From Bdellovibrionales bacterium (GTDB lineage Bacteria > Pseudomonadota > Alphaproteobacteria > UBA9219): a stretch of 64,000 bases of DNA. A program made the translations under genes and the position numbers. Below the pieces are notes generated by a model, which worked only from the letters and a program-made list of their open reading frames with translations, had not been told where the DNA came from and ran no database searches. This document shows positions 9,286-20,711 of this stretch, piece by piece; positions within the stretch are counted from its first letter, which is position 1; every line of letters starts with the position of its first letter. The DNA lies in NCBI GenBank assembly GCA_040275305.1, contig JBEOJY010000007.1, positions 795-64,794 on the forward strand. The letters run 5' to 3'.

Positions 9286-9368
9286 GACAAAAGAGTCTCC
9301 TTTTTATGCTTGAAGATTCGTAACTCCCAAGGCGTAAGCGGAAGCGCAAGAGAAGCTTTGCAAAATGC

Positions 9369-9472
9369 ACCGTCATCGCGAGGAGCGAAGCGACGCGGCG
9401 ATCCAGAATCACAAGCGCCGTTCCTTGTGACTCTGGATCGCTTCGCCCCAAGAGGAGCTCGCGATGACGGTC
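9369..9472. repeat. Palindromic MITE, family A
   Basis: gtcatcgcgaggagcgaagcgacgcggcgatccag ... ctctggatcgcttcgcc...ctcgcgatgac. Confidence 0.7.
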
Positions 9473-9544
9473 CTTGTTGCGCGGTTTACCTCCTGATTCC
9501 CACAAGGCGGCTTGGCGGTTACAAACAAAAAAAATCAAGCCTGA

Positions 9545-10648
9545 CTAGCGATAACAAACTTTCTTGACCGCTTCCGCTACCATATCGGCCTGCGGCAAAG
9601 CGAGCTTCTCAAGATTCGCGGCATACGGCATCGGAACATCCATGCCATGCACGCGAACGACCGGAGCGTCAAGATCGTCAAACGCAAGTTCCATCATCTG
9701 CGCGGCCAGCTCGGCTCCAATCCCCGCGAACGGCCAGCTTTCCTCGACCGACACCAGCCTGTTTGTCTTGCGCACGCTCGCCACGATTGTATCGCTATCA
9801 AGCGGCCTGATTGAGCGCAGATTGATAACCTCCGCCTCAATGCCTTCTTCGGCCAGCCTCTCCGCTGCTTCCAACGCGACGCCGACCATGCGCGAAAACG
9901 CCGTGATCGTAACGTCCTTGCCTTCGCGCATAATGCGAGCCTTGCCGATTGGCACGATGAAATCGGGATCGTCCGGCACGTCAAAGCTCTGGCCATACAT
10001 AAGCTCGTTCTCAAGACAGATGACCGGATTAGGATCGCGGATCGCCGCCTTGATAAGTCCCTTGGAATCAGCCGCATCGTACGGCGCAACCACCTTCAGC
10101 CCCGGCACATGCGCATACCAACTCGCATAGCACTGCGAATGCTGCGCCGCGACGCGCGAAGCCGCGCCGTTCGGGCCACGGAAAACGATAGGACATCCCA
10201 TCTGACCGCCCGACATATAAAGAGTTTTTGCCGCTGAATTGATGATCTGATCAATCGCCTGCATCGCGAAATTCATCGTCATGAACTCGACGATCGGAAC
10301 CAGCCCGCCAAACGCCGCGCCGACGCCAAGCCCCGCGAATCCCATCTCGGTGATCGGCGTATCGATCACGCGCTTCTCGCCGAATTCCTGCAGTAAGCCC
10401 TGACTGACCTTATAGGCTCCTTGATACTGCGCGACCTCTTCGCCCATGATAAACACATTGGCGTTGCGCCGCATTTCCTCGGCCATGCCGTCGCGCAAAG
10501 CCTCGCGCACAGTCTGTTTCACATAGCCCCCCTCGTGCTGCTTCTCTTCCATACGCCCGGACGCAATCACGGAAAGATTAGGCTTCTCGCTCACCGCTTT
10601 AGCTGAACTCGCTCCCATCGCGCTCTTCCCCTTAGCCTTTCTCGTCAA
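9545..10648 (-). CDS. pdhB: Pyruvate dehydrogenase E1 beta subunit, lacking an N-terminal lipoyl domain but retaining an Ala/Lys-rich linker
   Basis: Transketolase-like pyrimidine and C-terminal domains ([17 protein letters not shown]...). The N-terminus [20 protein letters not shown] reads like a linker. Confidence 0.9.
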   Translation of the reverse strand: MTRKAKGKSAMGASSAKAVSEKPNLSVIASGRMEEKQHEGGYVKQTVREALRDGMAEEMRRNANVFIMGEEVAQYQGAYKVSQGLLQEFGEKRVIDTPITEMGFAGLGVGAAFGGLVPIVEFMTMNFAMQAIDQIINSAAKTLYMSGGQMGCPIVFRGPNGAASRVAAQHSQCYASWYAHVPGLKVVAPYDAADSKGLIKAAIRDPNPVICLENELMYGQSFDVPDDPDFIVPIGKARIMREGKDVTITAFSRMVGVALEAAERLAEEGIEAEVINLRSIRPLDSDTIVASVRKTNRLVSVEESWPFAGIGAELAAQMMELAFDDLDAPVVRVHGMDVPMPYAANLEKLALPQADMVAEAVKKVCYR

Positions 10649-10671
10649 ATATCGCTATCACGCTCGCCACT

Positions 10672-11037
10672 TTAGGCGATAAGTTGCGCCAGTCTTCTTT
10701 TTCTGGACACCGCCCTCGAAACCGTAGGGTGCAGCCCATCCTTCTCGCCTAATTTGCCGTCATTGAGCCGCCTTGACGAGATAACCCCTACGGACTGCCC
10801 CGGCTGAGCGACCATCCCGTGCGATCCGCGTCTACTGCGCATCGCCTCCGACAGCCTTACGTAACCGCGCCTCATAGCCTTAAGTTTGACCAACTCAAGC
10901 CCATAGGCAAATATCCTCACCAACACCTGCCCCGCCAGCACAAGTTCGCCGTCATCGACCGCAGCTTCGACATAAAAAGACCCTCCGCCTCCCGACAACG
11001 CAGAAGGAACACAAAACTGCATATCCTTCATGAGCAT
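10672..11037 (-). pseudogene. Remnant of the PdhB N-terminal lipoyl domain, carrying an internal deletion that removes the lipoyl-lysine segment
   Basis: The translation MQFCVPSALSGGGGS-FYVEAAVDDGELV... parallels the E2 lipoyl domain [14 protein letters not shown]...[18 protein letters not shown]. The roughly 25 residues that include the ETDKA lipoylation site are missing, and downstream sequence is out of register. Confidence 0.4.
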
Positions 11038-11061
11038 CTCCGCAAGCGGTTGCTTCGATGA

Positions 11062-12072
11062 TTAATCCTTCAGAACATCCGTCCACAACTCAGACGGATC
11101 AGGTTCAGGACTCGTCTGCGCAAACTCCGCGCAGTCATTGACTATTTCCTTAATCTCGCGTTCGATTGAGGAAAACTCCCCTTCCTTGGCGATGCCATCC
11201 CTCAACATCTCAACGCGAAGCGTGTCAATCGGATCGAACTTCTCGCGCCACTCTTCGACCTCCTCGCGCGTGCGGTACTTCGCCGGGTCGGACATGGAAT
11301 GCCCACGATAGCGATAGGTCGCCATCTCAAGCAACACCGGCCCCTTGCCTGAACGCGCATGCGCCAACGCCTCTTCCGCCGCCTCCCGGACCTTGACGAC
11401 GTTCATGCCATCGACCTTGTGGCCCGGAATGCCATAGGCTTCGCCGCGCTTGTAAAGCTCGCCCGCCGCCGCCCGCGCCGTGCAGGTGCCCATGCCGTAC
11501 TTGTTGTTCTCGACGATGTAGACGACCGGAATCTTCCACAGCGCCGCCATGTTGAAACTCTCGTACACCTGCCCCTGATTGACCGCGCCGTCGCCCAGAT
11601 AAGTCAGGCACACGCCGCCATCCTCTTTGTACTTGTGCGCGAAAGCCAGCCCCGTTCCTATCGGAACCTGAGCGCCAACAATGCCATGGCCACCAAAGAA
11701 ATTTTTCTCGCGGCTAAACATATGCATCGAGCCGCCTTTGCCCTTGGAATACCCGCCTATGCGCCCCGTCAGCTCCGCCATCACGCCGCGAGCCTCCATG
11801 CCGCAAGCCAGCATATGCCCATGGTCGCGATACGAGGTTACCACCGTATCGACAGCCTTCTGCGCCGCCTGCATGCCGACGACGACAGCCTCCTGCCCGA
11901 TATAAAGATGGCAGAATCCCCCGATCAACCCCATGCCGTAAAGCTGCGCCGCCTTCTCCTCAAACCTGCGGATAAGCAGCATGTCGCGGTAATATTTCCG
12001 CAGCGCAGCAGCGCTATCTTGAATGTTATCTTGTTCCATCGTTGCTCGCAGTCGCGACGTAGCGACACTCAT
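11062..12072 (-). CDS. pdhA: Pyruvate dehydrogenase E1 alpha subunit
   Basis: TPP-binding motif GDGAVNQG, plus YRYRGHSMSDP phosphorylation-loop-like motif. Confidence 0.9.
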   Translation of the reverse strand: MSVATSRLRATMEQDNIQDSAAALRKYYRDMLLIRRFEEKAAQLYGMGLIGGFCHLYIGQEAVVVGMQAAQKAVDTVVTSYRDHGHMLACGMEARGVMAELTGRIGGYSKGKGGSMHMFSREKNFFGGHGIVGAQVPIGTGLAFAHKYKEDGGVCLTYLGDGAVNQGQVYESFNMAALWKIPVVYIVENNKYGMGTCTARAAAGELYKRGEAYGIPGHKVDGMNVVKVREAAEEALAHARSGKGPVLLEMATYRYRGHSMSDPAKYRTREEVEEWREKFDPIDTLRVEMLRDGIAKEGEFSSIEREIKEIVNDCAEFAQTSPEPDPSELWTDVLKD

Positions 12073-12264
12073 ATGGCCTCCCTGATCGAACGGTGTTGAA
12101 ACTGATTCGCGTCACGGCTCACACTGAATGGGCCACCGCGTAAAGCATTCCCTGACAGTTTTCAAGTCAAATCCACCTGCAGGCAAAAAATCTTATGCTG
12201 CAACTGCGAACAACAAAAAGTCCTTGACTGAAATTACAGCAATATATTCCCACAAATCACAGAA

Positions 12265-12609
12265 TTATTTGCTGCGCTGCAATATAGTATTCCCATTCAC
12301 CTGTCGATCTTTCTCGCCGGGCGTAAGAATAACGATATCGCCAGATTTTGAATAATCCAGCATTTCACGCGACTTTTCCTCAAGCAAATCAGGGTCAAGG
12401 CTCCCCGGTCGCATAAGCTTAACCCTGTGCTCAAGCGCCTGCCTGTCTTTTTGTAAGTGAGAAAGGGTATCTTGAGCGACAGCAACCTCCTTCTGAAGCC
12501 TTGCCATGGCCAACCAGCCCCGATCCCCCTGCATGGTATGGTAGAGGAAATAAGAAACAAGCAACGCCCCCGCGCATGACACGAAAGCATTAAGAGCGCG
12601 CGCCGTCAT
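12265..12609 (-). CDS. ftsB: Cell division protein FtsB / septum formation initiator (DivIC family)
   Basis: 114 aa with one N-terminal transmembrane helix and a coiled-coil region. Its position between pdhA and eno matches the usual alphaproteobacterial arrangement. Confidence 0.65.
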   Translation of the reverse strand: MTARALNAFVSCAGALLVSYFLYHTMQGDRGWLAMARLQKEVAVAQDTLSHLQKDRQALEHRVKLMRPGSLDPDLLEEKSREMLDYSKSGDIVILTPGEKDRQVNGNTILQRSK

Positions 12610-12621
12610 CAGGCCGCCCGA

Positions 12622-13917
<1,296 letters not shown>

Positions 13918-14029
13918 CTAGAGACAAGTCTTGCGTTCCTCGACATTGTTGGCTTGATATACCATACTCCGAAGATGGCGTGAACAAAATCGAATATACG
14001 CCATACGATTGAAAACCCGAAAAAGCAAA

Positions 14030-14194
14030 AAGGGCTGTCATTCCGCACGTAGCGTCCGGCCGAAGGTCGGAAAGCGGAGATGCGGAATCCGATGTTCGAT
14101 CAACTTCATGAAAAACATCGGATTCCGCATAAATTTTCTTATCAAATCGCTTCGCGATCCGAAAAGAAAATTTTGCGGAATGACCGCCCTTTTT
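14030..14194. repeat. Palindromic MITE, family G (gggctgtcattccgca ... tgcggaatgaccgccc) with internal inverted repeat gcggaatccgatg/catcggattccgc
   Basis: Inverted repeats can be read directly in the eno-ribD divergent intergenic region. Confidence 0.55.
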
Positions 14195-14220
14195 TTCGGA
14201 ATCTCAAGGAAACTGAGTCT

Positions 14221-15225
14221 ATGAGCGCGTTCCCCTCCTCGCTGGTCGCAAAAGCGATGCGCAAAGCCTGCGCCGAAGCCAGAAACTGGCTGGGATCGAC
14301 CGCGCCCAATCCGCCCGTGGGAGCGGTCGCGCTCGACCGGAACGGCGCCATCGCCGCCGCCGCCGCGCATTGCAGGGCAGGAGAAAGCCATGCCGAAGCC
14401 AAACTGATTGACCATTGCAAAGCGCTCGGCGCGATGGACTCCATTGAAACGCTATGCGTCACGCTTGAACCCTGCAACCACCACGGCCACACACCGCCCT
14501 GCGTCGAAAAGATCATCCAGTCTGGCATCAAGCGCGTTGCCATCGGCACACGCGATCCCAACCCCTATGTGCGCGGTGGCGGCGCGCAAAAGCTGCGCGA
14601 TGCCGGAATCGAAGTTGTAGAAAACGTGGAACAAGACCAATGCAGACAGCTGATCCACGCCTTCGCTTACGCCGTCACGACCGGAAAACCATGGGTCACG
14701 GTCAAGCAAGCCTTTACGCGCAACGGTTCGATGATCCCGCCTTCAGGACAAAAAACCTTTACCTCCCAAGAATCGCTCACGCTCGCGCACCGAATGCGCA
14801 AGAAAGCCGGAGCGATCGTGACAGGCAGCGGCACGATGCTAGCCGACAACCCGCTCTTTACCGTCCGCCATACGCAGGATTTCCCCCAAGCGCAAAGAGC
14901 GCTCGCCATCATGGACCGCCGCAAGCGCGTCCCGCCCGCCATGCTCGAAAACGCGCGGCGCAACGGCTTCGATGTGTTCATCTGCGATAGCCTCGATCAA
15001 GCCTTTGAGACTCTTTCCACGCGCGGCATTCAAGATATTTTGGTCGAAGCAGGTCCAACCTTGTCGCAAGCCGTGCTAAAATCGCCGCATTGGACCATGC
15101 GTGTGGACATCCATCAAAGCCTGCAAGAAACCGGACCGGATCACGTAGCCTCCGTCTTGAATCATAACGCCCAACTCCCCTTCGCGCCCGACGGCTTACG
15201 ATGGGAATGGTTCTTGCCCTCATGA
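14221..15225 (+). CDS. ribD: Riboflavin biosynthesis bifunctional deaminase/reductase
   Basis: Cytidine-deaminase-like zinc motif HAE...PCxxC (HAEAKLI...CVTLEPCNHHGHTPPC), and a C-terminal reductase domain. The start is taken at MSAFPSS. Confidence 0.85.
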   Translation: MSAFPSSLVAKAMRKACAEARNWLGSTAPNPPVGAVALDRNGAIAAAAAHCRAGESHAEAKLIDHCKALGAMDSIETLCVTLEPCNHHGHTPPCVEKIIQSGIKRVAIGTRDPNPYVRGGGAQKLRDAGIEVVENVEQDQCRQLIHAFAYAVTTGKPWVTVKQAFTRNGSMIPPSGQKTFTSQESLTLAHRMRKKAGAIVTGSGTMLADNPLFTVRHTQDFPQAQRALAIMDRRKRVPPAMLENARRNGFDVFICDSLDQAFETLSTRGIQDILVEAGPTLSQAVLKSPHWTMRVDIHQSLQETGPDHVASVLNHNAQLPFAPDGLRWEWFLPS

Positions 15226-15483
15226 AACTGGGCAGCATTTTATTATTTTCATGATCACAAAGAATACTTTCATAAGCCAATTTTATACTTACATCTCTTT
15301 CATCGCTTAGGCCTTCAATAAACACAGGATTTTCCAGTTAGATTAAGCCAAAATTAAGCCTGATTGGGTTACAAATCACCTCATAAGACGAATATTTTAG
15401 CAACAACAGTTGCGACAAAAAGTGATAATATAAATGGGGCTGAAAAGATAGTTGTCCAGCCCAGAAAGAAAAAGGTCCCGACC

Positions 15484-15897
15484 ATGCAGAATACGGACCA
15501 CGAAGAACATGAAGCCCGAATGCTGAACCTGATGCGCAACGCGCTAATCGTCGCCGGGCATGAAATGGGCGAGACGGGCGACCACTGGCCGATCATCAAG
15601 GCGACCATCTACCAAATTGCCAACGATTACGAACAAGTCAAAATCAGCCGCAACGTCGACGAGGAAATGAAAATCCATCTCTACCATGAGCTGGGGGAAA
15701 TGGAGCGCCACCTGCCCGAATGCGCGGACGATCTCCGCCCCAAAGTCGCCGCTGAACTGGAAAAGTTGCGCGAAATCTTCGACGCCTATTTCGCCCCTTA
15801 CGACGAAAGCAAAATCCCGATCAACGAAGACGAGCTGCCGCCGCATATCTTGCGCGCCCGCGAAATCATCTCAACGCTGGAGGAACCCGATGCGTAA
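15484..15897 (+). CDS. Hypothetical acidic protein A (about 137 aa)
   Basis: ORF with AAGG six nt upstream of the ATG at 15484. The upstream region is AT-rich. No family recognised. Confidence 0.4.
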   Translation: MQNTDHEEHEARMLNLMRNALIVAGHEMGETGDHWPIIKATIYQIANDYEQVKISRNVDEEMKIHLYHELGEMERHLPECADDLRPKVAAELEKLREIFDAYFAPYDESKIPINEDELPPHILRAREIISTLEEPDA

Positions 15898-16201
15898 CGA
15901 TTATGACAACCTTCTTGTCAACCCCATAGAACAAGCCGCACGCAACGCCGTGGCCGCGCAAAATCCAAATCCCGGATTGCAAGACGTGCTTGATCGCGTG
16001 GTCAAAACGCAAGAAAACTTCCAGAAATGGGGAGTTGCCCCCATGATGGCTAAGGGAATCGCCACCATGCGCGACGTTGTCGTAAGCGGAAGCGAACCCG
16101 TAGGCAGCCAAAGGACGGCCTACTCCCTCATGCAAGCGAAAGACCCGATCCGCCGCCCCGGCTCCCAGAAGCCCGCGCGCGGTCCAAAACTTACGCACTA
16201 G
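15890..16201 (+). CDS. Hypothetical protein B (about 103 aa), translationally coupled to protein A
   Basis: Its start ATG overlaps the upstream stop codon (ATGCGTAA). No family recognised. Confidence 0.4.
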   Translation: MRNDYDNLLVNPIEQAARNAVAAQNPNPGLQDVLDRVVKTQENFQKWGVAPMMAKGIATMRDVVVSGSEPVGSQRTAYSLMQAKDPIRRPGSQKPARGPKLTH

Positions 16202-16332
16202 GCCAAAACGCTCACGCCGCTTTGCTATGCCGGATCGAATAACCGAAATAGAGGCATAATGGACAAAAAGGTGTGGCTGGAATCAGGTTTTTGAGAGCAA
16301 AAACTGGATAATTTTCGAACGTCTTTCCGGCT

Positions 16333-17976
16333 TCATTCCCCTGTGGATTTTGACTTTGTTTTTCCAGTAAGCGAAGGAGCGGTCGCAAAGGCTGCCGAAA
16401 GGAGCGCTTTTGTGTAGTCCTCTTGCGGGTTGGCAAAGAGCGTTTTTGCCAGACCTCTTTCGACGGGCTTGCCGTCTTTCATGACCAAAACGGCGTGCGA
16501 CAAGGCTTTGACGACGCGCAGATCATGGCTAATGAACAGGTAGGCGAGGCCGTGTTTTCCTTGCAGGTCGCGCAACAACTCGACGATTTGCGCTTGCACC
16601 GACATATCGAGCGCGGAGGTTGGTTCGTCCAGCACGATCATTGAGGGTTTCAGGATCAGGGCGCGGGCGATGGATATGCGTTGGCGCTGTCCTCCGGAAA
16701 ATTCGTGCGGGTAGCGGTGGCGCGATTCCGGATCAAGCCCGACTTCGTGGAGGGTTTCGACGACGCGCTTGTTACGTTCTGTTTGCGCCATTTTTGGTTC
16801 GTGGATGCCAAGGCCTTCGGCGACGATTTCGGCGACGGTCATGCGGGGGCTGAGGCTGCCGAAGGGGTCTTGAAACACAATTTGCATAGCGCGGCGCTGG
16901 GGGCGTAGCTCGTTTTTGCTCAGTTTCGCTAAATCTCGCCCCATGAAGATTGTCGTTCCGGCGAATGGCAATAGACGCAAGATCGCAAGGCCCAGCGTTG
17001 TTTTGCCGGAGCCCGACTCGCCGACGATGCCCAGCGTTTCTCCCTTGCGGAGTCGTAGCGATACGCCATCGACGGCGCGAACGTAATCGACGGTTTTTCG
17101 CATCACGCCTTTTTTGATCGGGAAAGAGACTTTGAGGTCGTTGACGTTCAGAATTTCTTCCGCGTTTTCCGCAACAGGTCTGGCTTCGCCATGCGGCTCC
17201 GAAGCTAGCAGCATTTGCGTGTAGGCATGGCGCGGTTTTGCGAAAAGATTTTTCGCGGGAGCCTGTTCAACGATTTCACCTTTGCGCATGACGCAAACGC
17301 GGTCCGCCATGCGTCGCACAAGGTTTAGATCGTGCGTGATGAGCAGCATGGCCATGCCAAGTTTCTTTTGCAGGTCTTGCAGCAGCGCGAGAATCTGCTG
17401 TTGCACAGTGACATCCAGCGCCGTCGTAGGTTCGTCAGCGATGAGCAGCGCAGGGTCGTTCGCAAGCGCCATGGCGATCATCACGCGCTGGCGTTGGCCG
17501 CCTGAAAGCTCGTGGGGAAAGGCGTTCAGCCGCTTTTCAGGCGTGGGAAGCGCTACTAGATTCAAAAGCTCAAGGACGCGCGCGCGGGCTTGCGCTTCGT
17601 CCATGTTTTTGTGTAGGCGCAAAATTTCGCCAACCTGTTTCTCGATCGTGTGCAGCGGGTTGAGCGAGGTCATTGGCTCCTGAAACACCATGGCCATGCG
17701 GTTGCCGCGAATGGTTTGCATGGTTTCTTCCGAAGCGCCTACGAGCTCTTGCTTGTCGAAGACAATGCTCGAACCAGCATGATGCGCGGCGGCGGGGCGT
17801 GGGAGAAGTTGCAGGATCGACAGGGCCGTGACGGATTTTCCGGAGCCGGACTCTCCAACCAACGCCAACGTTTCCCCTTTTTTGATCGCGAAGGATGCGC
17901 CTTTAACAGCTTCGACTGTCTGGGAACCGTTGCTGAATGTCACGCCAAGATTTTTGACTTGTAGCAGGCTCATGCG
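16333..17976 (-). CDS. yejF: ABC transporter ATP-binding protein with two fused ATPase domains (YejF / DppDF-fusion type)
   Basis: Two Walker A motifs (GESGSGKS), two ABC signature motifs (LSGGQRQR) and two Walker B motifs. The start is taken at [11 protein letters not shown]. Confidence 0.8.
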   Translation of the reverse strand, partial: RMSLLQVKNLGVTFSNGSQTVEAVKGASFAIKKGETLALVGESGSGKSVTALSILQLLPRPAAAHHAGSSIVFDKQELVGASEETMQTIRGNRMAMVFQEPMTSLNPLHTIEKQVGEILRLHKNMDEAQARARVLELLNLVALPTPEKRLNAFPHELSGGQRQRVMIAMALANDPALLIADEPTTALDVTVQQQILALLQDLQKKLGMAMLLITHDLNLVRRMADRVCVMRKGEIVEQAPAKNLFAKPRHAYTQMLLASEPHGEARPVAENAEEILNVNDLKVSFPIKKGVMRKTVDYVRAVDGVSLRLRKGETLGIVGESGSGKTTLGLAILRLLPFAGTTIFMGRDLAKLSKNELRPQRRAMQIVFQDPFGSLSPRMTVAEIVAEGLGIHEPKMAQTERNKRVVETLHEVGLDPESRHRYPHEFSGGQRQRISIARALILKPSMIVLDEPTSALDMSVQAQIVELLRDLQGKHGLAYLFISHDLRVVKALSHAVLVMKDGKPVERGLAKTLFANPQEDYTKALLSAAFATAPSLTGKTKSKSTGE

Positions 17977-19025
17977 GATTTCTCCGCTTGTTTGCGCGGG
18001 TCGAAGGCATCGCGTACCGCCTCGCCGATGAAGATCAGGAGGGTTAGCATCACCGCCAGCGCAGTGAAGGATGTGATTCCCAGCCATGGGGCTTGCAGAT
18101 TGTTTTTACCCTGATTGAGCAACTCGCCGAGGGAGGGGGATCCGGGGGGAAGGCCGAAGCCAAGAAAATCAAGCGCGGTCAGGGTTGTGATTGAGTGGTT
18201 CATTACGAAGGGCAGATAGGTCAAGGTTGCGACCATGGCGTTGGGCAGCATATGGCGAACCATGATCGTCATGTCGTTCGCCCCCAAAGCTCGCGCGGCT
18301 CTCACATAGTCGAAATTACGCGCGCGAAGAAATTCGGCGCGAACGACATGGACAAGCTGCATCCACGAAAAAAGCAGCATCAGCAGCAACAGCCACCAGA
18401 AATTTGGTTGAACAAGGCTTGCCATGATGATCAGCAGGTAGAGGACGGGCATGCCCCCCCAGATCTCGATGAAGCGTTGGGCCAAAAGGTCGGTCAGCCC
18501 GCCGAAATAGCCTTGCGCGGCTCCGGCGGCGATGCCGATCAGCGAGGAAAAGAAAGTCAGCGTCAGACCGAATAGAACCGAGATGCGGAAGCCGTATATG
18601 ACTCGCGCGAGCACATCGCGGCCTTGGTCGTCGGTGCCGAGCCAGTTGGTCGCGTCGGGCGGCGAGGGGGCGGGTTGAGGCAGGTTATAGTTAATCGTGT
18701 TGTAAGAAAAAGGTATGAGAGGCCAGACCATCCAGCCTTTGGCCTCGATCAGTTTTTTGACGTAGGGATCGCGGTATTTGGCTTCGGTCTGGAACTCGCC
18801 GCCAAAAGTCGTTTCCGGATAGCTTTTGAAGATAGGGGCGTAGTATTGGCCGTCAAACTTTAGCAATAGGGGCTTGTCGTTAGCTACAAATTCCGCGCAC
18901 AGCGTTACCGTGAATAGGATCACGAAGATCCATAGAGACCAGAAACCGCGTCGGTTGGCCCGGAAATTGGCCAAGCGGCGCTTATTAAGGGGGGACAGGG
19001 GGGGAGACAGGGTCGGCAGCTTCAT
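17970..19025 (-). CDS. yejE: ABC transporter permease, YejE-type
   Basis: 351 aa with six predicted transmembrane helices and the ABC permease EAA-like loop region. The gene overlaps the yejF start. Confidence 0.8.
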   Translation of the reverse strand: MKLPTLSPPLSPLNKRRLANFRANRRGFWSLWIFVILFTVTLCAEFVANDKPLLLKFDGQYYAPIFKSYPETTFGGEFQTEAKYRDPYVKKLIEAKGWMVWPLIPFSYNTINYNLPQPAPSPPDATNWLGTDDQGRDVLARVIYGFRISVLFGLTLTFFSSLIGIAAGAAQGYFGGLTDLLAQRFIEIWGGMPVLYLLIIMASLVQPNFWWLLLLMLLFSWMQLVHVVRAEFLRARNFDYVRAARALGANDMTIMVRHMLPNAMVATLTYLPFVMNHSITTLTALDFLGFGLPPGSPSLGELLNQGKNNLQAPWLGITSFTALAVMLTLLIFIGEAVRDAFDPRKQAEKSA

Positions 19026-19173
19026 ATTTTCCTCTGTTCGGGAGGGCTGACACTAGACCATGTTCGGCGCAGGCGGGCAAGGGGGCTGGAGATCTTTATC
19101 GCGCTTGTCACATGGCGATATTGAGATTATTAAGAAGCCCGCTTATTGAGCTTGTGGAGTTATAGGTCAGATA

Positions 19174-20202
19174 ATGGAATATCAACAACTATTACAAGTT
19201 TCTAAGGAAATTATACTGGATCAGATGGTTCCAGTTCTATCACGGGGCTTTGGAAATCTTGTCACGAGGTTTCGTGAGGGTGCGGAGTTACGTGAGTATG
19301 TAGCAACAAACGGCATTGAAGCGGCATTGGATCAAGATAGTAATATTTTTCTGAGTTTAAGGAAGTCAGGCAAAGAGTTTGCAACCAATCAGGAGAAGCT
19401 TGCCGAACGAGCGTTTGGCCACCACTTTCAGAGTCAGTTTCCAGATGTTTGCGTGCTGGGCGAAGAACTTGGCCTTAAGGGTAAGCATTCCAAAATAGTT
19501 TGCCTGATTGATCCAGTTGATGGCACGTCGGCGATGATATGGCAAGCAATTGCTACAGCTTTGGATGTTCAAGACAAGCCAAACTATCCGCCTGCATTTG
19601 GCGTATCAGTCGGATTTACTGATGAGCGTCTTGCGGTTGCCGGGGTTATCGTTGAATTGGTACCCAATGGTGGGGAATTGAAAGTTGGTTCAATCTGGTT
19701 GGGGTGTTCGGGACAGCGCACGCAATGCGACGGGGTTATTGTCGGAGAATTAATTGTTCCCCAGAATCTTTCTGGGATGCAACTGATTTCTACTGTTCCT
19801 GAGGTTATGTTTAACGCTTTTGAAACATGGGGTGGTTTTCAGGGATTACTGGAAGCAACGGAAAAACCGCCTATAACAGGACAGAACTGCATCGGGTTTA
19901 TGAAACTGTTAGATTCAGGCCTATTTATTGCGTATGAAGGGGACCTGACACCCATTGATGCTGCTGCCATTGTTCCAATTCTTGTAGGGGCAGGAATACG
20001 GGTTACAGACAGAATTGGGCAGAGTATTGTTATATCCCCGCATGGTTGTGATCGTGAACATACGATTCTCGCGGGTCCTCCGGCACTACATCAAGAAGCC
20101 CTTCATGCAATTCTGAGGGGTGTTCCCGCAGAGCGTAACACTTTTCAGAAACTCAGGAATCAAACTTGCGGCGGCTATGCGCAGAAGTTCCCTCAACCAT
20201 AG
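19174..20202 (+). CDS. Inositol monophosphatase / CysQ-family phosphatase homolog (unusually long at 342 aa)
   Basis: Motifs VLGEELG, CLIDPVDGTSAMI and a C-terminal D-AAA...AG region. GC content is markedly lower than in neighbouring genes. Confidence 0.6.
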   Translation: MEYQQLLQVSKEIILDQMVPVLSRGFGNLVTRFREGAELREYVATNGIEAALDQDSNIFLSLRKSGKEFATNQEKLAERAFGHHFQSQFPDVCVLGEELGLKGKHSKIVCLIDPVDGTSAMIWQAIATALDVQDKPNYPPAFGVSVGFTDERLAVAGVIVELVPNGGELKVGSIWLGCSGQRTQCDGVIVGELIVPQNLSGMQLISTVPEVMFNAFETWGGFQGLLEATEKPPITGQNCIGFMKLLDSGLFIAYEGDLTPIDAAAIVPILVGAGIRVTDRIGQSIVISPHGCDREHTILAGPPALHQEALHAILRGVPAERNTFQKLRNQTCGGYAQKFPQP

Positions 20203-20287
20203 GGGCATGCTTTCGCGCAGGTTTTGTTTGAAAGCTGCGCGTGGCTGCGCTATATGTGCCGCTCAACCTGATATTCCTATCCCTTGC

Positions 20288-20380
20288 GGAGGGGTGGCCG
20301 AGTGGTTGATGGCGCTCGCCTGGAAAGCGGGTGTACGGTGTTGAATCGTACCGTGAGTTCGAATCTCATCCCCTCCGCCA
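20288..20380 (+). tRNA. tRNA-Ser (anticodon GGA) with a long variable arm and encoded CCA
   Basis: GGAGGGG/CCCCTCC acceptor stem. Anticodon loop cuGGAaa. Long extra arm. T-arm GAGTTCGAATCTC. Confidence 0.85.
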
Positions 20381-20399
20381 TTCTCTTAAAAAAATCAAC

Positions 20400-20475
20400 C
20401 CCATGCATGCTACCCTACAGACAGTTATCTTGATATTGCAGGAAAAAAATGAGCCACATGCGTCATGCCCTTGAT
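20400..20475. repeat. MITE fragment (outer family left end ccatgctaccctacag plus a partial gtcatgccc arm)
   Basis: Matches the ends of the nested elements at 61233-61459. Confidence 0.5.
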
Positions 20476-20711
20476 AAGTTGGCGGGTTCAAGGAACAAGT
20501 GCAACACAGGGCACCTTGTTGATGCTGGAGTTGACCATGCGCCTCTTCGCAACCTTCCACATCAACGGCTCTGACGCGGGATTGCTCAATAGGATTCATC
20601 TATGATTGGTTAGCGCTCTCGCCATGTTGTCAGCAACTAAAATGCGTGGCAGCATAAGATCGTAGACACCAAAACATATCAGGCGCAGGGTCAAAAAATG
20701 GTCTCAAACAC

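Noticed and set aside
14080-14220. Extended ribD ORF starting at 14080
   Set aside because: The upstream 47 codons read through a family-G MITE (gcggaatccgatg...). The deaminase domain begins after the internal Met at 14221.
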